Notes under the pieces: model-generated
Told to the model about the DNA's origin: nothing
The model's input: only the letters and a program-made list of their open reading frames with translations
Database searches by the model: none
In this document: positions 40,701 through 55,194 of the stretch, in pieces
How positions within the stretch are numbered: the stretch's first letter is position 1
How the letters are laid out: each line of letters starts with the position of its first letter
Position numbers and translations under genes: made by a program
Assembly: GCA_040954595.2 (NCBI GenBank)
Contig: CM082598.2
Coordinates: 10,245,097-10,309,096 of the forward strand
DNA length: 64,000 nt
Direction: 5' to 3'
DNA from: Balanoglossus misakiensis
Lineage: Eukaryota; Animalia; Hemichordata

Positions 40701-43700
40701 AAATTTCACTGTAACATGTCACTTGTGGTCAGTCTTGACTGGTGGAGCATGCTGGCCTGGTATGCCTTACCCATTCCAGACACCTGGTACCACCACTTAA
40801 AAGTGGTTCAAGATGATCCTGTTGACATTATCATTCTTTCTCATATTTTTGGACATGGTAATTAGCTTACCTTGAATGATATTGATTATTGGACCTGATT
40901 TGATGCCCTATTTATCTCATTTTCAAATTTCAGACAAATGGCCATGATTTCAGCCGCTTTGAAAGGACGCGTTCATTTGACGTTTCCCGAGTTCTGATCT
41001 CGCCTCCACCGTCTCTTCTTCTCGCACATTCTCGGCTTATTGGAGTTGCTTCAACCGTACGTCTTCCAGCAGGATACAGAACTGCTACACACAACAATGA
41101 CATCTTATTTCCACCTCATCAGGGTAAGAACTCACTACACAATTATATAGTCCTGTAGCCTTTTCATGGCCATCACAAACATTTTAACTATTAACGCTTT
41201 TGCTTAAACTATGACTGCATTGATATACCAAGGGGAACCCCGGTAAAATGACTGAGTAACCACGGTAACATTTACCTTGGTACCGCACAGTATGCATATG
41301 AGTACAATGTATGTGTGTTCATGTATATGCATTGTGTATGCCTATCCGAAAACTCATTTAAATGGACCATTATGTTGTACCATACTGTTGAAAAAGGGCG
41401 CTACATGTATTGGAGCTTTAGTAATAATTGAAATACATGTAATGTGGAACAATTCTTCCTTTTTGTATACTGATTACCGCTTACTCCATGTTTACATAGT
41501 GATATGTGTAACTACTACCCTGACCTGTCCATATTTGAAGGCCCTAGTTGCCAGCGTCGCACTGCCCAGCAGAAGTGCCAAGGATTCCCAGGCCAATGTC
41601 ACTATGGCAACCCAGGTCTCAAGGGGGTCAAGCATGGGTGCATTCAATGGTATGGCCTCCTCATCGACCTCGGCCCACTGGTCAAAGTAGGACGTCACAC
41701 CACTCAAAATGAAACTGGGTTCCTACAGTAGTCTTGAAGGTGAATTTTTCATTCCTTATTTTTGCAGAACATGTATTTAATGCACTTGTCACTATTGCAA
41801 AAAGTAAGCGTTCACAAAATTTATGTCCAAATGTGCAAGAATCCTGTGTTTGAGTCAAGCTGAATAGCCAGAATACATGTCAAACATAAGTCTACCACAG
41901 GGCGCCCTACATGTCATCTGATAATTCTATGGAGATTCAACCTCATTGCTGGATATGCCATGGGCACTCAAGTGAAAAAGTTTGTAAAGGCTGCCGACAA
42001 GCACTATTACGTACTCAACCCAGTCTATTGTCTCATTTTGATCATCGACGAATGGTATGACTTGCAACAGACATAATTATTAATGAGTATGAATTTTAAT
42101 AAGCAATCTGTACTCTTATCTGGGCAGAATCCTGAGCCTGCAAACCAGATTAAATTTGACAGAAACTACATCAAAGTCGGTGCAGATTTGAGAGGTTGTT
42201 GTTGTTTTTTTACAGAGATACTTGAAGGGCTTCAAGAATTGGACGACATTTCCAAACGGAAAGTGGATATCTTGCATTATTTCACGGTAAGTTTACTCTG
42301 AAGTTTTGTCACTTTCACAGCCAAGACTTGGTTCAGTTCCAAAGCTTGAGTGACTTGGGCATTGCTTGAAGACCTGCATAAGTGTCATTTGAGAGTTCTG
42401 AATTCAACAAAACCACTAACCAAAGTTTTCCTTAGAAACTAGGAATATTGTAAGTGAAATTCAATTGAATCATGTGGCTGTCGAACATTGGTCCCAACAA
42501 TAACGACGAACACAATACGATAGAATTTTTACTCAATGACTTTCTGGCCTCATTTTCGCATCGTCTTGGAAGGGCAAATGAAAAAGGCATATCGATTATT
42601 GGTACTCCACTTATTAGACTTTCCACTGTTTGTCAACAGCACTGCCAAGGAACTCCTGCCAGCCATCATTGATTGTCTGGATAGTAGTGCCCAGAGTGTC
42701 GTCAATGTAGCTTTACAACATCTACGCAAAACAAAACTCTTTTTTTTTTGGCCTAACTTAATATATTTGTTTATTTCAGTGCTATGAGCAATACTCCGTT
42801 GCGTTTACTGTCAGAGATGTATCTGCAACAACTCGATTTAATTCAGAGTGTCAGAAAAAGTGACTTGCTGGTCAAGAATGCAAACAGTGTCAGTCAGAGT
42901 GTCACACAGGTGAGAGATTTTTTCTTTTTTTTTTACACACGGGTTAGACGTGGGCATTGCAGAGAGGGCAGCACCAATTTCATAAATGTGCGTAGCAGTA
43001 AATACAGACTGCCTTTGCTTCCTTCCATATTTCATGCACACCGTGTAAGTAGACTTTACCTAATTGTGTCCCTTCTTTTCACCCAATTTTCTGTCTTTTC
43101 CTGATCTCCAACACAGACTATGGTTGCCACCATCTTGTCTGTTGTTAGGACAGCACACTGCCTTATTGTGTTGACTGTGTGCAGTTTTTGTAACCAGAGC
43201 CTCTTGTTTGACACATGCGGGTAAGACGATTGTCACCCTTTAAGTGTCTTGGTTGATATTTGTTTCAGTTCAATGTGTTGACCCACAGTTTATTGTTGAC
43301 GTTGGCCGCAACAAAAGCTGGACGAAATTGCGAAAACAAAATGAATGATGCCAACATTGCGCTCCGAAAAATAGCAACATCTCATCCGACATTGTTACTC
43401 AGGTAAGCAAATAAGTATGTCCAATCACACCAAAGTATTGCAAGCTGGGCATCTATGCAAGAATTCACAAAAGGTTATCATTCCTGAATTTGACTTGCAA
43501 CAGTAGTTCGATAGTTAGCCAAATTTCACTGTAACATGTCACTTGTGGTCAGTCTTGACTGGTGGAGCATGCTGGCCTGGTATGCCTTACCCATTCCAGA
43601 CACCTGGTACCACCACTTAAAAGTGGTTCAAGATGATCCTGTTGACATTATCATTCTTTCTCATATTTTTGGACATGGTAATTAGCTTACCTTGAATGAT

Positions 43701-46700
43701 ATTGATTATTGGACCTGATTTGATGCCCTATTTATCTCATTTTCAAATTTCAGACAAATGGCCATGATTTCAGCCGCTTTGAAAGGACGCGTTCATTTGA
43801 CGTTTCCCGAGTTCTGATCTCGCCTCCACCGTCTCTTCTTCTCGCACATTCTCGGCTTATTGGAGTTGCTTCAACCGTACGCCTTCCAGCAGGATACAGA
43901 ACTGCTACACACAACAATGACATCTTATTTCCACCTCATCAGGGTAAGAACTCACTACACAATTATATAGTCCTGTAGCCTTTTCATGGCCATCACAAAC
44001 ATTTTAACTATTAACGCTTTTGCTTAAACTATGACTGCATTGATATACCAAGGGGAACCCCGGTAAAATGACTGAGTAACCACGGTAACATTTACCTTGG
44101 TACCGCACAGTATGCATATGAGTACAATGTATGTGTGTTCATGTATATGCATTGTGTATGCCTATCCGAAAACTCATTTAAATGGACCATTATGTTGTAC
44201 CATACTGTTGAAAAAGGGCGCTACATGTATTGGAGCTTTAGTAATAATTGAAATACATGTAATGTGGAACAATTCTTCCTTTTTGTATACTGATTACCGC
44301 TTACTCCATGTTTACATAGTGATATGTGTAACTACTACCCTGACCTGTCCATATTTGAAGGCCCTAGTTGCCAGCGTCGCACTGCCCAGCAGAAGTGCCA
44401 AGGATTCCCAGGCCAATGTCACTATGGCAACCCAGGTCTCAAGGGGGTCAAGCATGGGTGCATTCAATGGTATGGCCTCCTCATCGACCTCGGCCCACTG
44501 GTCAAAGTAGGACGTCACACCACTCAAAATGAAACTGGGTTCCTACAGTAGTCTTGAAGGTGAATTTTTCATTCCTTATTTTTGCAGAACATGTATTTAA
44601 TGCACTTGTCACTATTGCAAAAAGTAAGCGTTCACAAAATTTATGTCCAAATGTGCAAGAATCCTGTGTTTGAGTCAAGCTGAATAGCCAGAATACATGT
44701 CAAACATAAGTCTACCACAGGGCGCCCTACATGTCATGTGATAATTCTATGGAGATTCAACCTCATTGCTGGATATGCCATGGGCACTCAAGTGAAAAAG
44801 TTTGTAAAGGCTGCCGACAAGCACTATTACGTACTCAACCCAGTCTATTGTCTCATTTTGATCATCGACGAATGGTATGACTTGCAACAGACATAATTAT
44901 TAATGAGTATGAATTTTAATAAGCAATCTGTACTCTTATCTGGGCAGAATCCTGAGCCTGCAAACCAGATTAAATTTGACAGAAACTACATCAAAGTCGG
45001 TGCAGATTTGAGAGGTTGTTGTTGTTTTTTACAGAGATACTTGAAGGGCTTCAAGAATTGGACGACATTTCCAAACGGAAAGTGGATATCTTGCATTATT
45101 TCACGGTAAGTTTACTCTGAAGTTTTGTCACTTTCACAGCCAAGACTTGGTTCAGTTCCAAAGCTTGAGTGACTTGGGCATTGCTTGAAGACCTGCATAA
45201 GTGTCATTTGAGAGTTCTGAATTCAACAAAACCACTAACCAAAGTTTTCCTTAGAAACTAGGAATATTGTAAGTGAAATTCAATTGAATCATGTGGCTGT
45301 CGAACATTGGTCCCAACAATAACGACGAACACAATACGATAGAATTTTTACTCAATGACTTTCTGGCCTCATTTTCGCATCGTCTTGGAAGGGCAAATGA
45401 AAAAGGCATATCAATTATTGGTACTCCACTTATTAGACTTTCCACTGTTTGTCAACAGCACTGCCAAGGAACTCCTGCCAGCCATCATTGATTGTCTGGA
45501 TAGTAGTGCCCAGAGTGTCGTCAATGTAGCTTTACAACATCTACGCAAAACAAAACTCTTTTTTTTTTGGCCTAACTTAATATATTTGTTTATTTCAGTG
45601 CTATGAGCAATACTCCGTTGCGTTTACTGTCAGAGATGTATCTGCAACAACTCGATTTAATTCAGAGTGTCAGAAAAAGTGACTTGCTGGTCAAGAATGC
45701 AAACAGTGTCAGTCAGAGTGTCACACAGGTGAGAGATTTTTTCTTTTTTTTTTACACACGGGTTAGACGTGGGCATTGCAGAGCGGGCAGCACCAATTTC
45801 ATAAATGTGCGTAGCAGTAAATACAGACTGCCTTTGCTTCCTTCCATATTTCATGCACACCGTGTAAGTAGACTTTACCTAATTTTGTCCCTTCTTTTCA
45901 CCCAATTTTCTGTCTTTTCCTGATCTCCAACACAGACTATGGTTGCCACCATCTTGTCTGTTGTTAGGACAGCACACTGCCTTATTGTGTTGACTGTGTG
46001 CAGTTTTTGTAACCAGAGCCTCTTGTTTGACACATGCGGGTAAGACGATTGTCACCCTTTAAGTGTCTTGGTTGATATTTGTTTCAGTTCAATGTGTTGA
46101 CCCACAGTTTATTGTTGACGTTGGCCGCAACAAAAGCTGGACGAAATTGCGAAAACAAAATGAATGATGCCAACATTGCGCTCCGAAAAATAGCAACATC
46201 TCATCCGACATTGTTACTCAGGTAAGCAAATAAGTATGTCCAATCACACCAAAGTATTGCAAGCTGGGCATCTATGCAAGAATTCACAAAAGGTTATCAT
46301 TCCTGAATTTGACTTGCAACAGTAGTTCGATAGTTAGCCAAATTTCACTGTAACATGTCACTTGTGGTCAGTCTTGACTGGTGGAGCATGCTGGCCTGGT
46401 ATGCCTTACCCATTCCAGACACCTGGTACCACCACTTAAAAGTGGTTCAAGATGATCCTGTTGACATTATCATTCTTTCTCATATTTTTGGACATGGTAA
46501 TTAGCTTACCTTGAATGATATTGATTATTGGACCTGATTTGATGCCCTATTTATCTCATTTTCAAATTTCAGACAAATGGCCATGATTTCAGCCGCTTTG
46601 AAAGGACGCGTTCATTTGACGTTTCCCGAGTTCTGATCTCGCCTCCACCGTCTCTTCTTCTCGCACATTCTCGGCTTATTGGAGTTGCTTCAACCGTACG

Positions 46701-47883
46701 TCTTCCAGCAGGATACAGAACTGCTACACACAACAATGACATCTTATTTCCACCTCATCAGGGTAAGAACTCACTACACAATTATATAGTCCTGTAGCCT
46801 TTTCATGGCCATCACAAACATTTTAACTATTAATGCTTTTGCTTAAACTATGACTGCATTGATATACCAAGGGGAACCCCGGTAAAATGACTGAGTAACC
46901 ACGGTAACATTTACCTTGGTACCGCACAGTATGCATATGAGTACAATGTATGTGTGTTCATGTATATGCATTGTGTATGCCTATCCGAAAACTCATTTAA
47001 ATGGACCATTATGTTGTACCATACTGTTGAAAAAGGGCGCTACATGTATTGGAGCTTTAGTAATAATTGAAATACATGTAATGTGGAACAATTCTTCCTT
47101 TTTGTATACTGATTACCGCTTACTCCATGTTTACATAGTGATATGTGTAACTACTACCCTGACCTGTCCATATTTGAAGGCCCTAGTTGCCAGCGTCGCA
47201 CTGCCCAGCAGAAGTGCCAAGGATTCCCAGGCCAATGTCACTATGGCAACCCAGGTCTCAAGGGGGTCAAGCATGGGTGCATTCAATGGTATGGCCTCCT
47301 CATCGACCTCGGCCCACTGGTCAAAGTAGGACGTCACACCACTCAAAATGAAACTGGGTTCCTACAGTAGTCTTGAAGGTGAATTTTTCATTCCTTATTT
47401 TTGCAGAACATGTATTTAATGCACTTGTCACTATTGCAAAAAGTAAGCGTTCACAAAATTTATGTCCAAATGTGCAAGAATCCTGTGTTTGAGTCAAGAT
47501 GAATAGCCAGAATACATGTCAAACATAAGTCTACCATACGGCGCCCTACATGTCATCTGAAGTCTTCTTCTCGATTAATTACAAAGTTCTTCCCCGTCAA
47601 ACACCGTATATACTGTTACACAGTCAATTTGCATTCATCTCAGTTTTTACCAACGACCGCGAGGTATTGCACTGTGCGCGTCAGCTGCAATGAGCCAGCC
47701 ACACCATCAAGGACGGCATACATTGATTTGTTGAACAAGTTCATACACTGCACTTCCGTATAAAAATGTTATGCGAGTTACTTTAACATAAAGTTTTTTT
47801 TCTTGTTTTTATAATTACATGTACGTCATCTATACAACAGTGGAAATTTCAACAGGGGCTGGAAAAACATCTTTTCACTATGT

Positions 47884-50800
47884 GTTATTAACTCAAATAT
47901 TTGTTCCAGATCGAATGTTCTTAAAGAAAATGATTAAATGAGCAATTTAAATTGAAAAACACTCTTTTTATGGCGTCAAAAACACTGTAGGATCATTATA
48001 AATCCCTTTTCAATTAACAAGAAATTCTATCATAAATGCACCCCTGTTTAGGCTTTGAAACACTATTTGATCATTCTAAATCCTTTCTTAGAAAATATAA
48101 TAAAAACAACAATTTTTTGGGTTCGAAAAGGGCAAATATTGTTTACACTTAGTGAAGCTTCAATGTACAATTTCTTCTTTTTGAGTTTATTAAAATTGGT
48201 GCTCTTTGCGCCCCTTTTACCTAGTGTGTGTACGTGTGGTTCATTTAATATGAGGAATAGCACTCACATCAAATTTAAATAAGTCAAATTCAATTCAATC
48301 AAAATAAAATCACATCAGATATATAATAAATATCTTACCAAAGTAACATATTTATGACAATTCTGCAATAATTCTTTGAAAGAATTACTTAAACCGTTAT
48401 TTTGCCACAAAAAGAGTTCAATAAGTTATTAACTCAATCTTTGTTCCAGATCGAATGATTTTAAAGAAAATGATTTAATGAGCAATTTAAATTAAAAAAC
48501 ACTCTAATTATGGCGTAAAAAACAGTGTAGGCTCATTATAAGTCCCTTTTCTGACAATTTGAATAAAACGCTTTATTTCTTTACTAAAAACGTTTAATGC
48601 ATTCACAAATCCATGTTATATTCACATTGCATATTTCAAAAGAAAATTAATTAACAAGCAATTCTAACATAAATGCACCCTTCTTTCGGCTTTGAAACAC
48701 TATTTAATCATTCTAAATTCTTTCTTCGAAAATATAATAAAAACAACCAATTTTTTGGGTTCGAAAAGGCACCAACAAACGCCAAGAATTTTTACAATTA
48801 GTGAAGCTTCAATGTACAATTTCTTCTTTTTGATTTTATTAAAATGTGTGCTCATTGCGCCCATTTCACCTAATATGAGGAATAGCACACAAATCAAATT
48901 TAAATTAATCAAATTCAATCAAATCAAATTAAAATAAAATCACATCAGATATATAATAAAGATCTTATCAAAGTAACATATTTATGACGATTTTGCAATT
49001 ATTCTTTTTAATAATTACTTAAACCATTATTTTGCCACAAAAGGAGTTCAATATGTTATTAACTCAATCATTGTTAAAGATCGACTGTTTTTAAAGAAAA
49101 TGATTAAATGAGCAATTTAAATATAAAAACACTCTAATTATGGCTTCGAAAACACTATAGGATCATTATAAGTCCCTTTTCTGAAAATTTGAATAAAATG
49201 CTTTATTTCTTTACTAAACACGTTTTATGCATGTTCAAATCGATGTTATATTCAAATTGCATATTTCGAAAGAAAATTAATTAACAAGCAATTCTAACAT
49301 AAATGCACCCCTCCTTCGGCTTTGAAACACTATTTAATCATTCCAAATCCTGTCTTCGAAAATATAATAAAATCAACCATTTTTTGGGTTCGAAAAGGCA
49401 CCTACAAACGCCAAGAATTTTTACACTTAGTGAAGCTTCAATGTACAATTTCTTCTTTTTGAGTTTATTAAAATGTGTGCTCATTGCGCCCATTTCACCT
49501 AATATGAGGAATAGCACACAAATCAAATTTAAATTAATCAAATTCAATCAAATCAAATTAAAATAAAATCACATCAGATATATAATAAAGATCTTATCAA
49601 AGTAACATATTTATGACGATTTTGCAATTATTCTTTTAAATAATTACTTAAACCATTATTTTGCCACAAAAAGAGTTCAATATGTTATTAACTCAATCTT
49701 TGTTAAAGATCGACTGTTTTTATAGAAAATGATTAAATGAGCAATTTAAATATAAAAACACTCTAATTATGGCTTCGAAAACACTATAGGATCATTATAA
49801 GTCCCTTTTCTGAAAATTTGAATAAAACGCTTTATTTCTTTACTAAACACGTTTTATGCATGTTCAAATCGATGTTATATTCAAATTGCATATTTCGAAA
49901 GAAAATTAATTAACAAGCAATTCTAACATAAATGCACCCCTCTTTCGGCTTTGAAACACTATTTGATCATTTTAAATCCTTTCTTCGTAAATATAATAAA
50001 AACAACCATTTTTGGGTTCGAAAAGGCACCTACAAACGCCAATAATTTTTACACTTAGTGAAGCTTCAATGTACAATTTCTTCGTTTTGAGTTAATTAAA
50101 ATGTGTGCTTATTGCGCCCATTTCACCTAATATGAGGAATAGCACAAAAATCAAATTTAAATTAATCAAATTCAATCAAATCAAATTAAAATAAAATCAC
50201 ATCAGATATATAATAAAGATCTAATCAAAGAAACATATTTATGACGATTTTGCAATTATTCTTTTAAATAATTACTTAAACCATTATTTTGCCACAAAAA
50301 GAGTTCAATATGTTATTAACTCAATCTTTGTTAAAGATCGACTGTTTTTAAAGAAAATGATTAAATGAGTAATTTAAATTTAAAAACACTCTAATTATGG
50401 CTTCGAAAACACTATAGGATCATTATAAGTCCCTTTTCTGAAAATTTGAATAAAACGCTTTATTTCTTTACTAAACACGTTTTATGCATGTTCAAATCGA
50501 TGTTATATTCAAATTGCATATTTCGAAAGAAAATTAATTAACAAGCAATTCTAACATAAATGCACCCCTCTTTCGGCTTTGAAACACTATTTGATCATTT
50601 TAAATCCTGTCTTCGAAAATATAATAAAATCAACCATTTTTTGGGTTCGAAAAGGCACCTACAAACGCCAAGAATTTTTACACTTAGTGAAGCTTCAATG
50701 TACAATTTCTTCGTTTTGAGTTAATTAAAATGTGTGCTTATTGCGCCCATTTCACCTAATATGAGGAATAGCACACAAATCAAATTTAAATTAATCAAAT

Positions 50801-53310
50801 TCAATCAAATCAAATTAAAATAAAATCACATCAGATATATAATAAAGGTCTTATCAAAGTAACATATTTATGACGATTTTGCAATTATTCTTTTAAATAA
50901 TTACTTAAACCATTATTTTGCCACAAAAAGAGTTCAATATGTTATTAACTCAATCTTTGTTAAAGATCGACTGTTTTTATAGAAAATGATTAAATGAGCA
51001 ATTTAAATGTAAAAACACTCTAATTATGGCTTCGAAAACACTATAGGATCATTATAAGTCCCTTTTCTGAAAATTTGAATAAAACGCTTTATTTCTTTAC
51101 TAAACACGTTTTATGCATGTTCAAATCGATGTTATATTCAAATTGCATATTTCGAAAGAAAATTAATTAACAAGCAATTCTAACATAAATGCACCCCTCT
51201 TTCGGCTTTGAAACACTATTTAATCATTCCAAATCCTGTCTTCGAAAATATAATAAAATCAACCATTTTTTGGGTTCGAAAAGGCACCTACAAACGCCAA
51301 GAATTTTTACACTTAGTGAAGCTTCAATGTACAATTTCTTCTTTTTGAGTTAATTAAAATGTGTGCTCATTGCGCCCATTTCACCTAATATGAGGAATAG
51401 CACACAAATCAAATTTAAATTAATCAAATTCAATCAAATCAAATTAAAATAAAATCACATCAGATATATAATAAAGGTCTTATCAAAGTAACATATTTAT
51501 GACGATTTTGCAATTATTCTTTTAAATAATTACTTAAACCATTATTTTGCCACAAAAAGAGTTCAATATGTTATTAACTCAATCTTTGTTAAAGATCGAC
51601 TGTTTTTATAGAAAATGATTAAATGAGCAATTTAAATGTAAAAACACTCTAATTATGGTTTCGAAAACACTATAGGATCATTATAAGTCCCTTTTCTGAA
51701 AATTTGAATAAAACGCTTTATTTCTTTACTAAACACGTTTTATGCATGTTCAAATCGATGTTATATTCAAATTGCATATTTCGAAAGAAAATTAATTAAC
51801 AAGCAATTCTAACATAAATGCACCCCTCTTTCGGCTTTGAAACACTATTTAATCATTCCAAATCCTGTCTTCGAAAATATAATAAAATCAACCATTTTTT
51901 GGGTTCGAAAAGGCACCTACAAACGCCAAGAATTTTTACACTTAGTGAAGCTTCAATGTACAATTTCTTCTTTTTGAGTTTATTAAAATGTGTGCTCATT
52001 GCGCCCATTTCACCTAATATGAGGAATAGCACACAAATCAAATTTAAATTAATCAAATTCAATCAAATCAAATTAAAATAAAATCACATCAGATATATAA
52101 TAAAGATCTTATCAAAGTAACATATTTATGACGATTTTGCAATTATTCTTTTAAATAATTACTTAAACCATTATTTTGCCACAAAAAGAGTTCAATATGT
52201 TATTAACTCAATCTTTGTTAAAGATCGACTGTTTTTATAGAAAATGATTAAATGAACAATTTAAATATAAAAACACTCTAATTATGGCTTCGAAAACACT
52301 ATAGGATCATTATAAGTCCCTTTTCTGAAAATTTGAATAAAACGCTTTATTTCTTTACTAAACACGTTTTATGCATGTTCAAATCGATGTTATATTCAAA
52401 TTGCATATTTCGAAAGAAAATTAATTAACAAGCAATTCTAACATAAATGCACCCCTCTTTCGGCTTTGAAACACTATTTAATCATTTAAAATCCTTTCTT
52501 CGTAAATATAATAAAAACAACCATTTTTGGGTTCGAAAAGGCACCTACAAACGCCAAGAATTTTAACACTTAGTGAAGCTTCAATGTACAATTTCTTCGT
52601 TTTGAGTTAATTAAAATGTGTGCTTATTGCGCCCATTTCACCTAATATGAGGAATAGCACACAAATCAAATTTAAATTAATCAAATACAATCAAATCAAA
52701 TTAAAATAAAATCACATCAGATATATAATAAAGATCTTATCAAAGTAACGTATTTATGACGATTTTGCAATTATTCTTTTAAATAATTACTTAAACCATA
52801 ATTTTGCCACAAAAAGAGTTCAATATGTTATTAACTCAATCTTTGTTAAAGATCGACTGTTTTTAAAGAAAATGATTAAATGAGCAATTTTAATTTAAAA
52901 ACACTCTAATTATGGCTTCGAAAACACTATAGGATCATTATAAGTCCCTTTTCTGAAAATTTGAATAAAACGCTTTATTTCTTTACTAAACACGTTTTAT
53001 GCATGTTCAAATCGATGTTATATTCAAATTGCATATTTCGAAAGAAAATTAATTAACAAGCAATTCTAACATAAATGCACCCCTCTTTCGGCTATGAAAC
53101 ACTATTTAATCATTCCAAATCCTTTCTTCGTAAATATAATAAAAACAACCATTTTTGGGTTCGAAAAGGCACCTACAAACGCCAAGAATTTTTACACTTA
53201 GTGAAGCTTCAATGTACAATTTCTTCTTTTTGAGTTTATTAAAATGTGTGCTCATTGCGCCCATTTCACCTAATATGAGGAATAGCACACAAATCAAATT
53301 TAAATAAATC
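47884..53310. repeat. AT-rich satellite, ~629-bp monomer, ~8.7 copies
   Basis: Anchor GTTATTAACTCAA at 47884, 48425, 49055, 49684, 50312, 50941, 51570, 52199 and 52827 (periods 541, 630, 629, 628, 629, 629, 629, 628). Confidence 0.95.
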
Positions 53311-55190
53311 AAAACCCTCATTAGGCGTAGAAACACTATTTAATCATTCTAAATCCTTTCTTCGAAAATATGATAAAAACAACCATTTTAGGGCTCGAAA
53401 ACTGTTCAATGATTCAAACTCAAAAACATCCTTATTTAGGCTTATAAACATTCTAAAATCCTTTTAAAATTTTTCTCTCGATTTAAGGCTTATAAACACT
53501 TATTAATCAATCTAAAACATTTCTTTGGCACGAAAACTTTTCAATACGACATAAAATGATGCATGTTCCATAGTGCGTTTTTTATATTAAAAAAGACAAT
53601 AAACATTTAAAATTTAAAAACACTCTAATTTAGGCATGAAACACTGAAAGATTATGTAAAATCGATTTTATATTAATTTGCGTATTTTGAAGTAAATTAT
53701 TTATTAAGCGATTTTCTGCGAATACAAATCGATTTTAGGCTTAACAACACTTTGTTATAATTCTTTCTTTGAAAATATTATAAGGACACCAATTTTGGGG
53801 CTTGAAAACTGTTCAATACGATATTAAAATGATGTTTGTTCCATATCGAATGTTTATAATTAATAGCATTTTTAATTTAAAAGCACTCTACTTAATGCAT
53901 AAAAATCGATGTTATAATGGTATTGCGTATCTTAAATAAAATTTATTTAATAAGCGTTTTCAATATGAATACACATCGATTTCAGGCTTAAACACTTTTT
54001 ATAATCTATATTTATCTTTGATAATAATAATAAAACACCCATATTTTGGGCACGAAAACTGTTCATGACAATTTTTATATAATATTCCTTTTTTCCCCAC
54101 GAAAAATGTTTTATACGACATGAAGTCGATGTTACACTCCAATTGCGTATTTTGAATGTAAATGATTAAAAAAGCAATTGTATTGTAAATGCTATCTGAT
54201 TTAAATTTTTTGGACACTTTGAAATTGTTTTTTCCATATCTCATAATTTTCATAACATGATTAAACAAACTCAAAAACACCCTAGTTTATGCTTATTGAC
54301 ACTTCTAAAACCTTTTAAAATTTTTCTCTGAAAATACAAATTTTCATGATTTGGCTAAACAAGGTCTTTATTACGATAAAAAAAATCAATGTTTTATTCT
54401 CATTGAATGGTTTGAAATAAAATAATTTAATAATTGATAAATACACTGATTTAATGCTTTTTAATGCTTTTTATCATTCTAAAACATTTCTTTGAAAGTA
54501 TTTCTCAAAACTATATTAAAAACGATTCAATTAGCATTACATTTTTAAAAACACACCTATTTGGGGCTAAAACACTGTTAGCTCATTATAAAATGCCTTT
54601 TTTAGAATTTTAATTAAAATGCATTTTTTTAGTATGGAAAGTGTTTTTTACGGTATATAATTGATGTTATAATAACATTGCCTATTTTAAATAAAAAGTG
54701 ATTTAATAAGCGATCTTATATTAGAACACATCGATTTAAGGTTTAACACACTTTCTTTGATGATATTGATCATTATGAGACCTTTCATTGAAATTATATC
54801 TAAAACTCATTTTTTTAAGAAAAATGTTTAATTCGATGTAGAATTGATGTTATATTCACATTGCTTTTTTTGACCGAAAAATGATTTAAGCAGCAATTCT
54901 TATAAAAATAGTCCCGACTATAGGCTATGAAACGCTTTTTAATATTTCTAAAACTATCATTAAAAGTATTACTAAAACCCATTATTTTGGCGCGAAAACT
55001 GCTCAATTCAACATCAAAACGTTGTTTGTTCCTAATTGCACGTTAATATTAAAATCGATTCCATAAGCATTTAAACTTTACAAGCAATCTAATTTATCAA
55101 TTAATGCAATGTTAGTTTATCATAAATACCCTTTTGAAAATAGTATATAAAATGCAATATTTTGGTCCGAAAAAATGTTTAATACAGTAT
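53311..55190. repeat. Degenerate AT-rich satellite related to the subunits of the 629-bp repeat
   Basis: Recurring decayed motifs (GGCTT..AACACT, TTTTGGGC.CGAAAACTGTTCAAT, AATCGATGTTATA) shared with the 629-bp monomer, without a fixed period. Confidence 0.75.
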
Positions 55191-55194
55191 TAAA

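Larger units (their letters stand above)
500..47560 (+). repeat. Subtelomeric macrosatellite, ~16.25 tandem units of an INTS1-derived monomer (canonical 2820 bp)
   Basis: A marker ORF recurs at 1728, 4548, 7368, 10150, 12956, 16264, 20505, 23813, 26074, 28331, 31151, 33971, 36791, 39611, 42432 and 45251 (periods 2820, 2820, 2782, 2806, 3308, 4241, 3308, 2261, 2257, 2820 x4, 2821, 2819). Identity to the unit starts at 500 (TTAAACTATGA) and stops after CATCTGA at 47560. Confidence 0.98.

Noticed and set aside
500-47560. rDNA, histone, snRNA or CRISPR array
   Set aside because: No rRNA, histone or snRNA sequence recognised, and no repeat-spacer structure.
48055-55006. ORFs in the AT-rich satellite
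   Set aside because: Low-complexity F/K/I/N-rich chance frames, not preserved between monomers.
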